From Chrysemys picta bellii (taxonomy: Eukaryota): 64,000 nucleotides of DNA. The stretch is from positions 281,542,001 through 281,606,000 of the forward strand of contig NC_088791.1 in the NCBI RefSeq assembly GCF_011386835.1, written 5' to 3'. Positions 39,465 to 51,649 of the stretch are shown piece by piece. A program made the position numbers and the translations under genes. Under the pieces are notes generated by a model. That model made no database searches. It worked only from the letters and a program-made list of their open reading frames with translations, and had not been told where the DNA came from. How positions within the stretch are numbered: position 1 is the stretch's first letter; each line of letters starts with the position of its first letter.

Positions 39465-42400
39465 GCTGCCATGTTTCCTTCACAAAGAGTGAAGCTGAAT
39501 GCTGCTTACGTTGAAAAAGTGGAATTTTATTCAAACCTGAGCACTGTTCCATCCATGTGGCTGAGTTGCTTCCAGGCTAACTCTCCTCATTCCCTGTTTC
39601 ACTGATGTCCTGTCCATAACAGTCCTTCTAGGGGACATTGGCCCTCTGACTCCAATTATCATGATATAAGGATGACAGGTCTAAGTGTCCTGATACCCAC
39701 GTGGCTAGCCTGTCTTCTTTGACTACTCTACTCTTGGGCATCCTAACCCTTGTAAACAGATGTTTGTCAGCTTTTAATGAACAAGACTGTCAAAGACCTT
39801 GGCCTTTCTTCCTCTGACCTCCTCCCTGTAGAAAATTTCTGAGATGCCTAGTGATCGAATATGTTCATCTTCCATTAGGTCTAAGCTGCCACCTGAACTT
39901 CCATTGCAGCAGCTTCTGTGCTCCCTTCAGAAAGGGAATTTCCATCCATTTCTTTGTCAAAATGTTGTTTAAAAAGATAAGATTTATAATTGTGGGTTTG
40001 TGGTCCTAGGAAGCATTTTACCCAATTAAGATCTTCAAAGCAGCCTTCCTGAAGCTCTGAGACTGTCTATTGCCAAGTGACTTAAAAACTATTATCTACA
40101 CTAACATTTTCTTTGCTTTGTCTTGTACAATATTTAGAATAAACAACTATTCCAGTTACTATACTGGCCCATGGGCCAAAAAGTTTGCCCACCCTGATCT
40201 ATATGAATAGCAATCAGCTCCACTACTCTGGAGAATCACCCATAGGTCTTCATTTATTAAGAAAGAAAAATAACTTCCTTATTAAAAAAAGTTGTGGTAT
40301 TATCTGGGTTTACAGAGGACAAAGTAGCTGCTATGATAGTGACATGCCAAAGACTTGAATACTGATTGACTCAAGTTTTGGTTTGCCTGAGTGATGGGTA
40401 AAAGGCTGGGGAGAATGTTCCTTCCAATGTGGCAGATCTTCTGAGTCATAGAATTAAATTTCCAGGTTAAAAATGGCCTTTACCCCAAAACTTTTCTTTT
40501 GTTGTAGTGCTTTTTATACACAAAACCAGAGCCGTTACACATTTTGTTTCCCAGGTTGTTAGCCTTTATTGGACAGATGGAAATACCGCTGGTTTGCAAA
40601 TAGGCTATGAAGGAGAGAATGGTTAGACACTTAGCCACAGGAAGTGTCTGAACACTCTTCCACATTAGCTTGGCATTGGTATGATGGCATTTTGCCTTGG
40701 CCTTGACATGTACATTTCAATGGCTGGAATGTAAGCTCCAGAATAAACCATTGTTTGGATGATAAGAGAGACTTTTTATCGGATGACCTTTTTCGTGTAT
40801 TTATAATAAAAAATAACCTTTCAGAAGCTGTGTTAACTTTCAGTCTGAGGGACCAAAACAAGCAGTGAAAACAAGGATTAATTCTCCAGCAACAATCTAG
40901 TGCATAAGCTCTTTCATTTCCAAATGAAAATCAAGTGCAGACAGGGGTTTCTTTTTATAGTAAAGATGTAGATGCACATGAAAATATCAGTCTTTTAAGT
41001 TTTCCTAATTAAGTTCCTCCTCCAAACATGATTATGAACAAAGAACCTCCCATGGCAAAATAATACTCAATCAAACCAGAGAATAACATTTTTAGGATGT
41101 CACAGCCTTGCCTTCCTTGTATTTTGTACTTTTATAAATAGTCTTTGACAATAGCTACCTCATTGTGTCTTTGATTTTGGTCTGCATTTTGAATATATTG
41201 CTCTTCTTGTGTGTATTGCCATCACAATGTATAAATAGTATGATTTTGGATGCCTGTTATGCATCTCTCCATACACTCTTTAGTCCTGCAGTTGCTGTTG
41301 TATCTTTTCTAATATTTACATTGCAAATTGATCTATTTCTCTGTGTTTCTGTCTGTTCTTTATTTCTTAATGCTGTGGTTATGATGATTATTCTAGATCA
41401 GCCTTCCAAATCTATGTTGCTGCACTACAGCAATGTCAGATAGTGAAATCATCCAGGAGCTTAGCAGGGAGATTATGTATTGAAATGATTACTAACTCAG
41501 ATATTTTACGTTAAGAGAAATCTATGAGAATAAAGGTTTTGTCATGACTTGTCACAGATGTTGAAATGGATTGTCACATACTGGAGGATGATAAGTGAGA
41601 TCCCCCAATGGTAGTCCACAACATTGTTTGGCTTATCAGTTTGCATTCTGCTCAGTTAAAGTTATATTTATCATTTTTTCTCATATGAACTTTGGTTATC
41701 TATTGCTGTATATCCAGACATTTATTTATGTTTGAAGCAGTGATCTTCTACCTGAATATATAATATTAAACCACTGAAAATTTCCCTGCTTGCCTACTTT
41801 TTTTTTTAATTTTAGTACCATTGCAAAAGTTTTATTCTTTGCTCCTTTAGATGAAGACACATTGTATTGGTTTGTACATGAAGATAAACTAGGATGAATG
41901 CCAGTTCTCTTGATTATTTTAGAGAAATTCCAGACAGTTAGAAAGTAGTAGCTCCTTAATGTATGTTTACTATTGTAAGTCTACTGATGGTGCATTAATA
42001 GCTGTCATCAGGAGTATCATACAAAAATGTTGGCGTCAGCAAGCGCTGAGCCTAATGGCACTCCTTGTGAACAGACTACAGAGAGGAGAGTGAAAAAGGA
42101 TAGATGACTGTTTTAGGCTCTTGTCCTTCATCTAAGGGCAAAGAGGGGTGAGACTGTCACTTTAAATGATAGTTCTCTACTTCAAGCAATAGTTTGTTAG
42201 TTATTCTCTATTAATGTTACACCAAAGTTGATTTTTATGTACTAGAGACATTAACTGAAATACAGAGGGATGATACATATTCATAATTTTGTTCTAACGC
42301 TAAAGTGCTTTCCTTGTAAAGCCATCTAGCCAGAGATCTTGTGAGCACCAAAAGCAATTACTTCACTCCTTCAGTTTGGTCTAAAAAGGATACTATTAAA

Positions 42401-42907
42401 CTCCTTGTTCAAAATGTATTGTTCCAATAGGGAACCAGAAGAACAGTCTGCTGGGACACAAGTACAAGGAAAAAAGTTAGGATGCTTTATTTTAATTATG
42501 TCTGACAATGTTGGGCACCTTTCTTTTTTCAATTTCTAAATTAGTAAATTTATGCACCTATCAAAAACAGTGTATAGAGCTCTCCAGTGATAATTTGTGG
42601 CAAAGAAAGTGAGACAAATTTACCAAAGGAGAGACTCTTTTTCCAATTTAAAATGCACACTTGAGATTCTTAGGAAAGAATGCTAGAGTTTCTAGGGAGT
42701 GGTCATCTGGGCTCTTTAGAAATCAGAAGATTTGTGGAAGTAGATAGAAACTATAATGTACTGTTGGATATTCAGCACTTTTGAAAATATGGGCACTTAA
42801 GTGCCTAAGTATGGATTTAGGAGTCTAATTTTAAGATCCTAATTTTTGAAATCCTTTGTCATGGATGTTGTGGATAGACAGGAAGATTGCTATCTATCTA
42901 TCTACTG

Positions 42908-44020
42908 TACAGACCCGTTTACCCATGGATGTCGGGAATCAAGCCGTCACGACCGTGTGATAATGGACCGCTGGTTAAGAAGACCATGCTGGAATATCTT
43001 AAGATATCTATATATTCATGTATAATTATCTAGGATTGCATACGTATTTACAGGATCCCAAATACTGCAGGCCTATCTGTTAACGGTGCTTTGCAAGAAT
43101 ATAAATTCAAATGTGTAATCTAATAAAAAGATTATTATTACTTACACAGGGGTGAAATGAACTCAGGACACTTACCGGTACGGGGCAGGGGCGGCTCTGG
43201 CCCCTGGAAGGGGTGGGGCCTGGGGTGGAAGGGGCAGGGCTAGGGTCAGCATCCCCCTTCCAGGCCACCTGTCTGCTCCGCCCAGGGTTTCCATTGCGAT
43301 TTAAAGGGCCCGGGGCTCTGGACACCGCTGCTGCGGTAGCAGCGTCCGAAGCTCCGGGCCCTTTTAAATAGCCAGCCCCGGCGCAGCTGCTCCCTTTGCC
43401 CCGCCCCCCCCCATTGGCGGCTGAGGGGGGGCAAAAGGGGCAGGGACCTTAAAGCGCTGCAGGGTCCTTTGCCGCGGCAGCGCTTTAACGTTGCTACGCC
43501 CCCCCCACCCCCGTCGGCGGTCCAGAGCTGCTGCAGCAAAGGACCGTCCTTTAAGTGCTGCCGTGGCAGTGCTTTAATGTCCCTACCCTTTTTGCCTCCC
43601 CCGTCGGCGTGTTGTACATCTTTCCTGCTGACGAGGGGGAGGGAAAGGGGAAGCAACGTTAAAGTGCTGCCGTTACTTAAAGGATGTTTAAGGACGGTCC
43701 TTTGCCGTGGCAGTGCTTTGAGGATCCTTAAAGCGCTGCCACAGCAAAGGACCGTCCTTAAAGCACTGCCACAGCAGCGCTTTAACGTTGCAGTCCCTTC
43801 CCCCCTGTCGGCAGTAAAGACGTACAACACGTTTCCGCTCTGCACTTCCTGTCAATTTCTATGTCAGTGAGTTACTGAGCAGATCTGTAGCGCTACATAG
43901 CAAGTTCCTGTATCACGTGTTAACGAGTCTCACATGTTAAATAGGTAGCAGTAGAGGCATGGCGCTACCGCGCATTAAGTGGATTTGCACGTAAACGAGT
44001 CATGCGTAAACGGGTCTGTA
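42908..44020. mobile_element. Tc1/mariner-type non-autonomous element with GC-rich palindromic interior
   Basis: TA TSD; TIR CAGACCCGTTTAC / GTAAACGGGTCTG; flanked by (TATC)n on both sides. Confidence 0.85.
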
Positions 44021-45965
44021 ATCTATCTATCTATCTATCTATGTTCTATTTCTACATGGGTTGTGGGCATGTTCAAGTCATATTTTTCAATAGTAAGTTT
44101 ATTTTCTAACAAATAACAAGAACAAATCTATTGCTGATTCCTTCTTTTATAATAAGCACTGACAAGCTTAGGTCAGAGTATTAAAAGAATTAGGGATATT
44201 TTCTGCAATCCTTACACATTCTCAACTTTGGCAAAACTGTCACTGAAATCAATGGCATTTTGTCTGTTTAAGGAATGGGAATAAGAAGTTGGATTTGGCT
44301 CTTGATGTCGCTTGAAGTTTTGTGTTAGTCCATCAGCTATCCCAGCCATTCATTAATTCTTAAGAAATTATCTGGACTGTAGTCATTACTTAATTAAGTG
44401 TGTACTTAGGAACTTTCATGTAATGTGTTACTTGAAGAACTGTTCTTGGCAAACCCGAGACAGGCAAGCTTTAATTTCAGTGCTTGTGATGACTTCCAGT
44501 AATGTAAGAAATTAAAAGCAACAATCTCTTCTTTTAAGCTGCTCTTAGTATAAATGAAGGCTACTTACAATGAGATATTGCAGTCATTGTCAAAAGCCCT
44601 TTAGTATAAGATTAAATCATTTCATAGTTGTATCATTTTCAGTTGGGGAATTACATATTTGTTTTATGAGAGCTTGCTAATGAAAAACTTCACTGGAACT
44701 TGAAGGAATAAAGAAATTGCTTTTGTGATGATTTAAGATTATAAGTGTTTAGGTAAACGCAGATGATAATTTTAATATAGTTGAATTGTCACCTGAGATT
44801 ATACACGCACCTGGTTTATCTTTTTACTGAACAATCACAGATAACAATTTACAATATATTTTTCATATATGGTCTTGGAGATACTTCCCTTAATAAATAG
44901 AATTCTTCTATGTAACAGAAGCAGTTTTATTCCTCTGCTCTGAATAAACTTAAAATGTAAGAAACAGTAGGAGTAATCTCAGTAGAAAAAAAAATGATGT
45001 TCTTTACATCCTCATTTTGATGTAGTCAGGGCTGGTTATAATCTTTGTGTATTTATTTATACTTGATGTATTCCAATTCCCATTCATGCTCATGGAATCA
45101 CTACAGTAACTAAATCTGCCAAAGCTTTTGTTTGATTTCCATTCCTCCGAATAATGGGCCCAGTTTAAAAGAGCTACTTGTTCTACAAGATGTCTACTTA
45201 ATTATGGCAATTGTGTAAGCACATTTGTTGGTCTAACTGCTGAGAAAGATTAGCCAAATTCAGGAGAAAGTAGAGAAGGATGGGTGATCAGGAAAGTACA
45301 GTTTGTATGTAAATAATTTTACATAGATTTTCCCTGTTAACTTTTTCAGACGTTGATATTAAAATTTAATGGTGCATTTAACAAAGATTTTCTGTTTCAC
45401 TGGTCATGAGCCATACAGCTATTTTCTCGGCTTGCAGGAGCAATTTGTTTCACAGAAAGGATCTTTTCCCCCCAAATACATTAGCACCAAAACAGTGAAG
45501 ACCAAGGAATGCACAATCAGTTTTCATTTTTCTGTGATGCAGCGAATGGTGTTAAAGGCTATGTAGCGCCTTATCTTCTTCACCCACTCAGGCCTGTAGC
45601 CTCTTAGTCAAGAGTACTGAAGTGAGGCCAATTTTTATTTTCTGATGCAGACTCCTGCAGAGTAGAATCTAGGTCAAGACCTTCTGACCTTATTCTATGC
45701 ACAGTCCCTTCTAGTGCTTAGTAGAAATGATATTTGATTGCTGCAATGTGGATTGGGAGTCTAACAATTGAAAAATCATGGTGCATATGCTGTTTGGCCA
45801 TGTTGTGTGAGTGCTGTTGCTTTAAAGTAAACTTTTTAAAGCAGTAGTTGCTAGACATCACTAAACAAACAAACAAGCAGGCATACTTCTCTAATTCAGC
45901 AATTATATTTTGAGATTTAAGAATTTCACAGACATTTGCAACACTGTTGCCATATTATCATAGCA

Positions 45966-46365
45966 CAGTGGCTCTCAACCTTTCCAGATTACTGTACCCC
46001 TTTCAGGAGTCTGATTTGTCTTGTGTACCCCAAGTCTCACCTCACTTAAAAACTACTTGCTTACAAAATCAGACAAAAAAACCCAAAAGTGTCACAGCAC
46101 ACTATTACTGAAACATTGCTTCCTTTATCATGTTTACCATATAATTATAAAATAAATCAATTGGAATATAAATATTGTACTTACATTTCAGTGTATAGTA
46201 TCTAGAGTATAAACAAATACTTGTCTGAAATTTTAGTTTGTACTGATTTCGCTATTGCTTTTTATGTAGCATGTTGTAAAATTAGGCAAATATCTAGATG
46301 ATTTGATATACTCCCTGGAAGACCTCTGCATACCCACAGGAGTACTTGTAACTCTGGCTGAGAAC
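45966..46365. mobile_element. MER5/MER20-like hAT MITE whose right end is interrupted
   Basis: Left end CAGTGGCTCTCAACC; right end GCTGAGAAC broken by the insertion at 46366, resuming at 47179. Confidence 0.75.
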
Positions 46366-47178
46366 TAGGGTTACCATATTTTAATTTTAAAAAAGGAGGA
46401 CACTCCACGGGTCCCGCCCCCGCCCCGCCCCAACTCCACCCCTTCCCCAAAGTCCCAGCCCCAAATCTGCCCCCTCCCCTGAACGCTCCGCCCCCTGCTC
46501 CTTCACCTTCCCTGCTTCCCGCGAATCAAATGTTCGCGGGAAGTCTGAAACAGGAAGGCAGCAGATAAGCTGGGGCTGGGCCGGGGCGGGTCCCAGTCCA
46601 GCCCCCCCCGGCCGAGTGGCTCTCTCTGGCGGCCGGACGGCCGGCCCAGGCCAAGAGGCTCTGGCCCTGGCGTCTCCCGCCCGGCTCGGCTCGGGCCCTG
46701 GGGCGCCGGGCCCTGCCCCCGGCTGAGCACCGCCAGCCCTGACCCGGCCCCGGCCCCCGGCCCCCAGCTGAGCACCACCGGCCCCGGCCCCTGACCCCGG
46801 CCCCCAGCCGAGCACCGCAGGCTCCGGCCCCCGGCCGAGCGCCATGGGCCCCTGGCCCGGCCCCCAGCTGATTACCGACAGCCCCGGGCCCCGGCCAAGC
46901 GCTGCCAGCCCCGGCCCTGCACCGCCGGCCCCTGGCCAAGCACCGCCGGCCCCGGCCCGGCCCGGCCCCGGCCCCCGGTCCTGGCCCTGCACTGCCAGCC
47001 CCGGCCCCCGGCCGAGCACCGCCGGCCCAAGCGGCCCCGGCCCCCAGCCGAGCACCGCCTGGCCCTCCCTCCCTATTTTCCCGGACATATCCGGCTTTTT
47101 GGGATTTCCTCCCGGATGGTGATTTGAGGCCCAAAAAGCTGGACATGTCAAGGAAAATCCGGACGTATGGTAACCCTA
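46366..47178. mobile_element. hAT-like element (TAGGGTTACCATA ends) with GC-rich minisatellite
   Basis: TIR TAGGGTTACCATA / TATGGTAACCCTA; flanking duplication TGAGAAC; CCGAGCACCGCCGGCCCCGGCCC-type tandem units at about 46600-47060. Confidence 0.85.
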
Positions 47179-47521
47179 TGAGAACCATATAGTGTGAATC
47201 CATTGGCTTCTTCCAAACAAAGATGACAATTTTAATATGTTTTTGTGCATTCTTCATCACAAAATCAACCTGAATAAACAATCTACTATTTAGCTATAGA
47301 TAATAGCTATACATACACCTCCTTAGGGGGAGTTAACTAAAAATAATGGGATTATAGAATGAATGAAGCAAAGAACTTAGCTTGAGTATCAGATGGTGAA
47401 ATAGCTTCCTTCGGGAAAATGTGGAAGCTGCATTTCTTGGACATTTGAAACTGAACTAGATGCAGTGCAAGAAAATATATTGAATGGAACAATCCGGCAC
47501 CAGCAGACTGATGGACTAAGC

Positions 47522-47832
47522 CAAGGGTTGGCAAGCTTTCAGAAGTGGTGTGCCGAGTCTTCATTTATTCACTCTAATTTAAGGTTTCGCGTGCCAGTAA
47601 TACATTTTAACATTTTTAGAAGGTCTCTTTCTATAAGTCTATAATATTTAACTAAACTATTGTTGTATGTAAAGTAAATAAGGTTTTTAAAATGTTTAAG
47701 AAGCTTCATTTAAAATTAAATTAAAATGCAGAGCCCCCCGGACCGGTGGCCAGGACCCGGGCAGTGTGAGTGCCACTGAAAATCAGCTCGCGTGCCGCCT
47801 TTGGCACCCGTGCCATAGGTTGCCTACCCCTG
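47522..47832. mobile_element. hAT MITE
   Basis: TIR CAAGGGTTGGCAA / TTGCCTACCCCTG; perfect 8-bp TSD GACTAAGC. Confidence 0.9.
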
Positions 47833-49600
47833 GACTAAGCGAATAAATAAGTCTTTTATATCTGTAATTTCTAGAGCTAGGGAAAAATAGGAAAAGTAAA
47901 TGTAAATTACAATTTTATTTTTTTTTGGATAGAGTAGTTGCATACTACTCAGTTCAGTAAATGCATCAGAATCTGGCACTTAATTTTAACAAGATAAACT
48001 GTTTTCTACAGGTCCCTTTTAATTTAACTCTGTCCCGGAATTCCCACAATCTGTATAGTCTCTCCATGCACCTGTTGACATCATTAGCATGCACGTGCCT
48101 GCTGACAAACATAACAAACATGCATGTGAAACTATGGCTGTCAAGAAATGAAACACTCAAAAAGCTTCCAGACGCTTGATAGAACTGTGCCATCACATGA
48201 GCTGTATGGAGCCTTAGGCTCCTTAGCTAACTTAGGTTTTAAAGAAGAGAGAAAAAAGAGATTTAGATATTTAGAGGGAGGTAAAGTCAGAGAGTGCTGT
48301 GTCAGGTGTTTCAGTCATAGACGAGCTTAAAGCATGGAAGGAGCAATGTACCAGCAAAGCAGGCCTGCTGAATAATTCATCTCTGTCTTACACATGTCTG
48401 CTGCTGTACCATTATTTAGGTAAGAATATTATATTGTTATTGATTACACCACTTGCTGATGCATTTCATTTGCTGTGAGGTGTGTGTATTGTGAGTGTGG
48501 TTTTTACCTCTGACTCTTATACCATCAGCAAAGAAACTTATATATGAGATCTATTGAAACTTAAGAGGCTGTGTAAGTGTCCCAGCTGACCCTCCAGATG
48601 GGGAATGAAAACTTGCATGAAGTTTCAGAGAAAGAGAATAGTAAGAATTCCCATACACATTTTTTTTTCTAAATGACAACAAAAATTCTTTATGAGACTA
48701 CCACAAGCTGCCCTGTTCACCATAACAACAGAGGAAAAGCGAGGGACTGCATGTCATCCTGCAATGCTGCATGAATGTTCTGAGGAGAAATGCACACATG
48801 GATTCTGTTGTGACACTAGGCCTCTGATGTAGCTGTGATCAGAACCAGTCCCACTTAAGGGCCAAGCTCTTCGCTTATGCCCCTGCAGTCGCTGATACAA
48901 ATAGAACTTCAGCCTGCAGTGGGCTAAATGCCCAAAGCATTCCATGGGCATTGCAGTCAATATGTGCCTATTGAATGCCACAAACAAAACTCACTTGAAA
49001 ATAAAAATAGCACTTTCTGTTTGTGGTTTTTAGATTTTTTTTTTAAATGCACCCTATGACTCAGGGTGCCTTGCACCCATTTTTCAGATGTTTTCTGAAG
49101 CCCAGAAGGAAAGAAACATTTTCCTCAGTTGTGGATGAAAAGAAAAATGCCTTGCTTTATCACTTGCGAGCAGGACAGTAAATTATCTAGGATTGTCCTG
49201 AAAGAGGACAGAATATCCAGGAGTGGAGTTGTGGGGATCTTTAGTGAGCACTATCTTGCTTTTTTCACTCCATCTAGCTTTTCTCAAAGAGATGGGCTAG
49301 TGGAACAGTCAGCCATCCCTTAAAAACCACTGGAAGATAAAGAGGAAAGAAATTGGAATACATCCTGCAGGACCTCACCTTTGTCACCCCTCACCCCCAA
49401 AAGCCAGATAATCTCTAAAAAAAACAAACGTCTCTGCAACCTCTGTTAGAGACACTGGATACTGTGCAATGGATTTGCTAGAAAAGAAATGACCTTATGT
49501 CTTCAGGCTGCTCTTCCTTTCTTGGACAATTAGAGAAATTATTGTAGGAAATCCAGTCAAATTGATTCCTGATCAAAATTAGTCAAATAAAAGAGAGAGT

Positions 49601-49690
49601 GTGAAATCCAGACCCCATTGAATTTACTAGGAGTTCTGCCATCAATTTCAATGGGAACTCCTAGTGAATTCAGTGGGGTCCAGATTTCAC
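49601..49690. repeat. 90-bp near-perfect palindrome from an abundant short hairpin repeat family
   Basis: 36-bp arms match at 32/36; centre related to CCATTGA(C/A)(T/G)TCAATGG seen at many other sites. Confidence 0.8.
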
Positions 49691-49796
49691 CTACAATGTC
49701 CAGTGTACACTTCAGGTTTGTCGGGGAAGAAAATGTGATTTCTCTGCTCATTAAGGCTCTGCTCGGGCTTCTATGGGTAGGGATAGGAGCTTAAAA

Positions 49797-50767
49797 TGCC
49801 AAGGGTCGGTCCTGGGGCCGGTTTTGTTCAATATCTTCATTAATGGTCTGGAGGATGGCATGGACTGCACCCTCAGCAAGTTTGCAGATGACACTAAACT
49901 GGGAGGAGTGGTAGAAACGCTGGAGGGTAGGGATAGGATACAGCAGGACCTAGACAAATTAGAGGATTGGGCCAAAAGAAATCTGATGAGGTTCAACAAG
50001 GACAAGTGCAGAGTCCTGCACTTAGGACGGAAGAATCCCATGCACTGCTACAGACTAGGGACTGAGTGGCTAGGCAGCAGTGCTGCAGAAAAGGACCTAG
50101 CGGTTACAGTGGATGAGAAGCCCTTGTGCCCTTGTTGCCAAGAAGGCTAACGGTATTTTGGGCTGTATAAGTAGGGGCATTGCCAGCAGATCGAGGGACG
50201 TGATCATTCCCCTCTATTCAGCATTGGTGAGGTCTCATCTGGAGTACTGTGTCCAGTTTTAGGCCCCACACTACAAGAAGAATGTGGAAAAATTGGAAAG
50301 AGTCCAGCAGAGGGCAACAAAAATGATTAGGGGGCTGGAGCACATGACTTATGAGGAGAGACTGAGGGAACTAGGATTATTTCGTCTGCAGAAGAGAAGA
50401 ATGAGGGGGGATTTGATAGTTGCTTTCAACTACCTGAAAGGGGGTTCCAAAGAGGATGGATCTAGACTCTTCTCAGTGGTAGCAGATGACAGAACAAGGA
50501 GTAATGGTCTCAAGTTGCAGTGGGGGAGGTTTAGGTTGGATATTAGGAAAAGCTTTTTCCCTAGGAGGGTGGTGAAGCACTGGAATGGGTTACCTAGGGA
50601 GGGGGTGGAATCTCCTTCCTCAGAGGTTTTTAAGGTCAGGCTTGACGAAGCCCTGGTTGGGATGATTTAGTTGGGGCTTGGTCCTGCTTTGAGCAGGGGG
50701 TTGGACAAGATGACCTCCTGAGGTCCCTTCCAACCCTTATATTCTATGATTCTATGATTCTATGATT
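49797..50767 (+). mobile_element. 5'-truncated CR1 LINE (RT C-terminus plus 3' UTR)
   Basis: [38 protein letters not shown]; ends in (ATTCTATG)3; small internal deletion at about 50120 and an in-frame stop. Confidence 0.97.
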
Positions 50768-51174
50768 GGAATATTCAGTGCCCCAGCCCATCCTTGCAAC
50801 CCCTATACAAGGGTATAATAAAATGATACTTCTCCTTACATATGATGTGCTTCCTAAAACAATAGGGTCAAATTGCCATGAGGATTTTACCCACTGATTT
50901 GAGATGGGGGTGCTCAGCAGTTGCAATAGTCCATGGGGAACTTCAGGTGAGACTGGGTCTTTGGGATACACAGTCCATCCCTGAAGGGCTCCAGCCAGCA
51001 AAGGGTGCCAGTGCAGGCTGCAACATTCTTTGGAGTGGTAGAGTCTGAATCCCTAGTGTGTCCATCCCCACTCTGTGCATGGTGCTGACCTGGACAGCAC
51101 CATGTCCCCACCTTCACCTGCAGTCTCCTAAGGTTGTGGCAGACAAAGGAATAACAAGATCCAGTAGCTGGCAG

Positions 51175-51412
51175 ATGAAGTTAGATGAATTCAAAGTGAA
51201 AGTAAGACACTTTTTTACAGTGAGGGTTATTAACCATTGGAACAACTTACATGGGGACATGGTGGATTCTCCATCACTTGACGATCTAGCTCAGCCCTGA
51301 TTTATAGGGTTTGAGGTTAGAATCACTGGGTGAGGTTCTTGGGGCCTGTGTTAAGCAGCAGGTCACACTAGATAAGTATAATGGTCCCTTCTGGCCTTAA
51401 ATGCTGTGAATC
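51175..51412 (+). mobile_element. Older CR1 3' end fragment
   Basis: AGTGAGGGTTATTAACCATTGGAACAACTTA..GTGGATTCTCCATCACTTG..GGTCCCTTCTGGCCTTAAA. Confidence 0.75.
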
Positions 51413-51649
51413 GTCACTTGAAGAAACATGGCTTTAACAAATCAGACAATCCAGGTGTGTGTGTATGTGTGTGTGCGCGCGCACACTGGAAAACTGGCGG
51501 AGTGGAATATGTCTAACGCTGCATCTGTTGGGTGCAATGAATGCTACAGCCACCTTTTTAATCCAAGAGGCAATAGTTTTCCTGTACACTGGGCAGATGT
51601 ATGAAGTTTGAAAGCTTGTATTAGTTCTACTATTCTTCCACATTATATG

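Larger units (their letters stand above)
36230..39600 (-). mobile_element. Degenerate Ty3/Gypsy LTR retrotransposon (gag, RT, RNase H), lacking integrase and 3' LTR, with nested insertions
   Basis: Gag EEFQLYTDL..KVKLVLYFIGEQGR (about 38900-39010); CCHC knuckle CQQCGKLNHFSSVC (about 38275-38320); RT ICIDPKPLNWALKR..KNGFWH..EVFQRRL..KIIAEDILIAG (about 37030-37345); RNase H DASEKGLGRALLQ..ASRALSEAEQ..FHQYTHG and LADTLSRA (about 36250-36590). Confidence 0.9.

Noticed and set aside
38825-39514. 229-aa + strand ORF
   Set aside because: Antisense to Gypsy gag plus a C-rich MITE; not a host gene
41165-41443. Hydrophobic 92-aa ORF
   Set aside because: T-rich strand bias, probably antisense of an old LINE relic; no splice or Kozak support
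43540-43790. Repeat units with palindromes superficially like a CRISPR array
   Set aside because: Eukaryotic context, no unique regular spacers, no cas genes; internal to a TE
43246-43870. 199-aa and 133-aa ORFs
   Set aside because: Palindromic GC-rich interior of a Tc1/mariner-type element; repetitive translation
46387-47281. Long ORFs of 254 and 251 aa (G/A/P/R-rich)
   Set aside because: They arise from a GC-rich minisatellite inside a non-autonomous transposon; open in several frames on both strands
49379-49414. Possible sixth - strand exon (strong acceptor tttgttttttttAG, donor AG|GTGAGG)
   Set aside because: Phase assignment is ambiguous (depends on which exon-5 donor is used) and one option hits a stop; insufficient support
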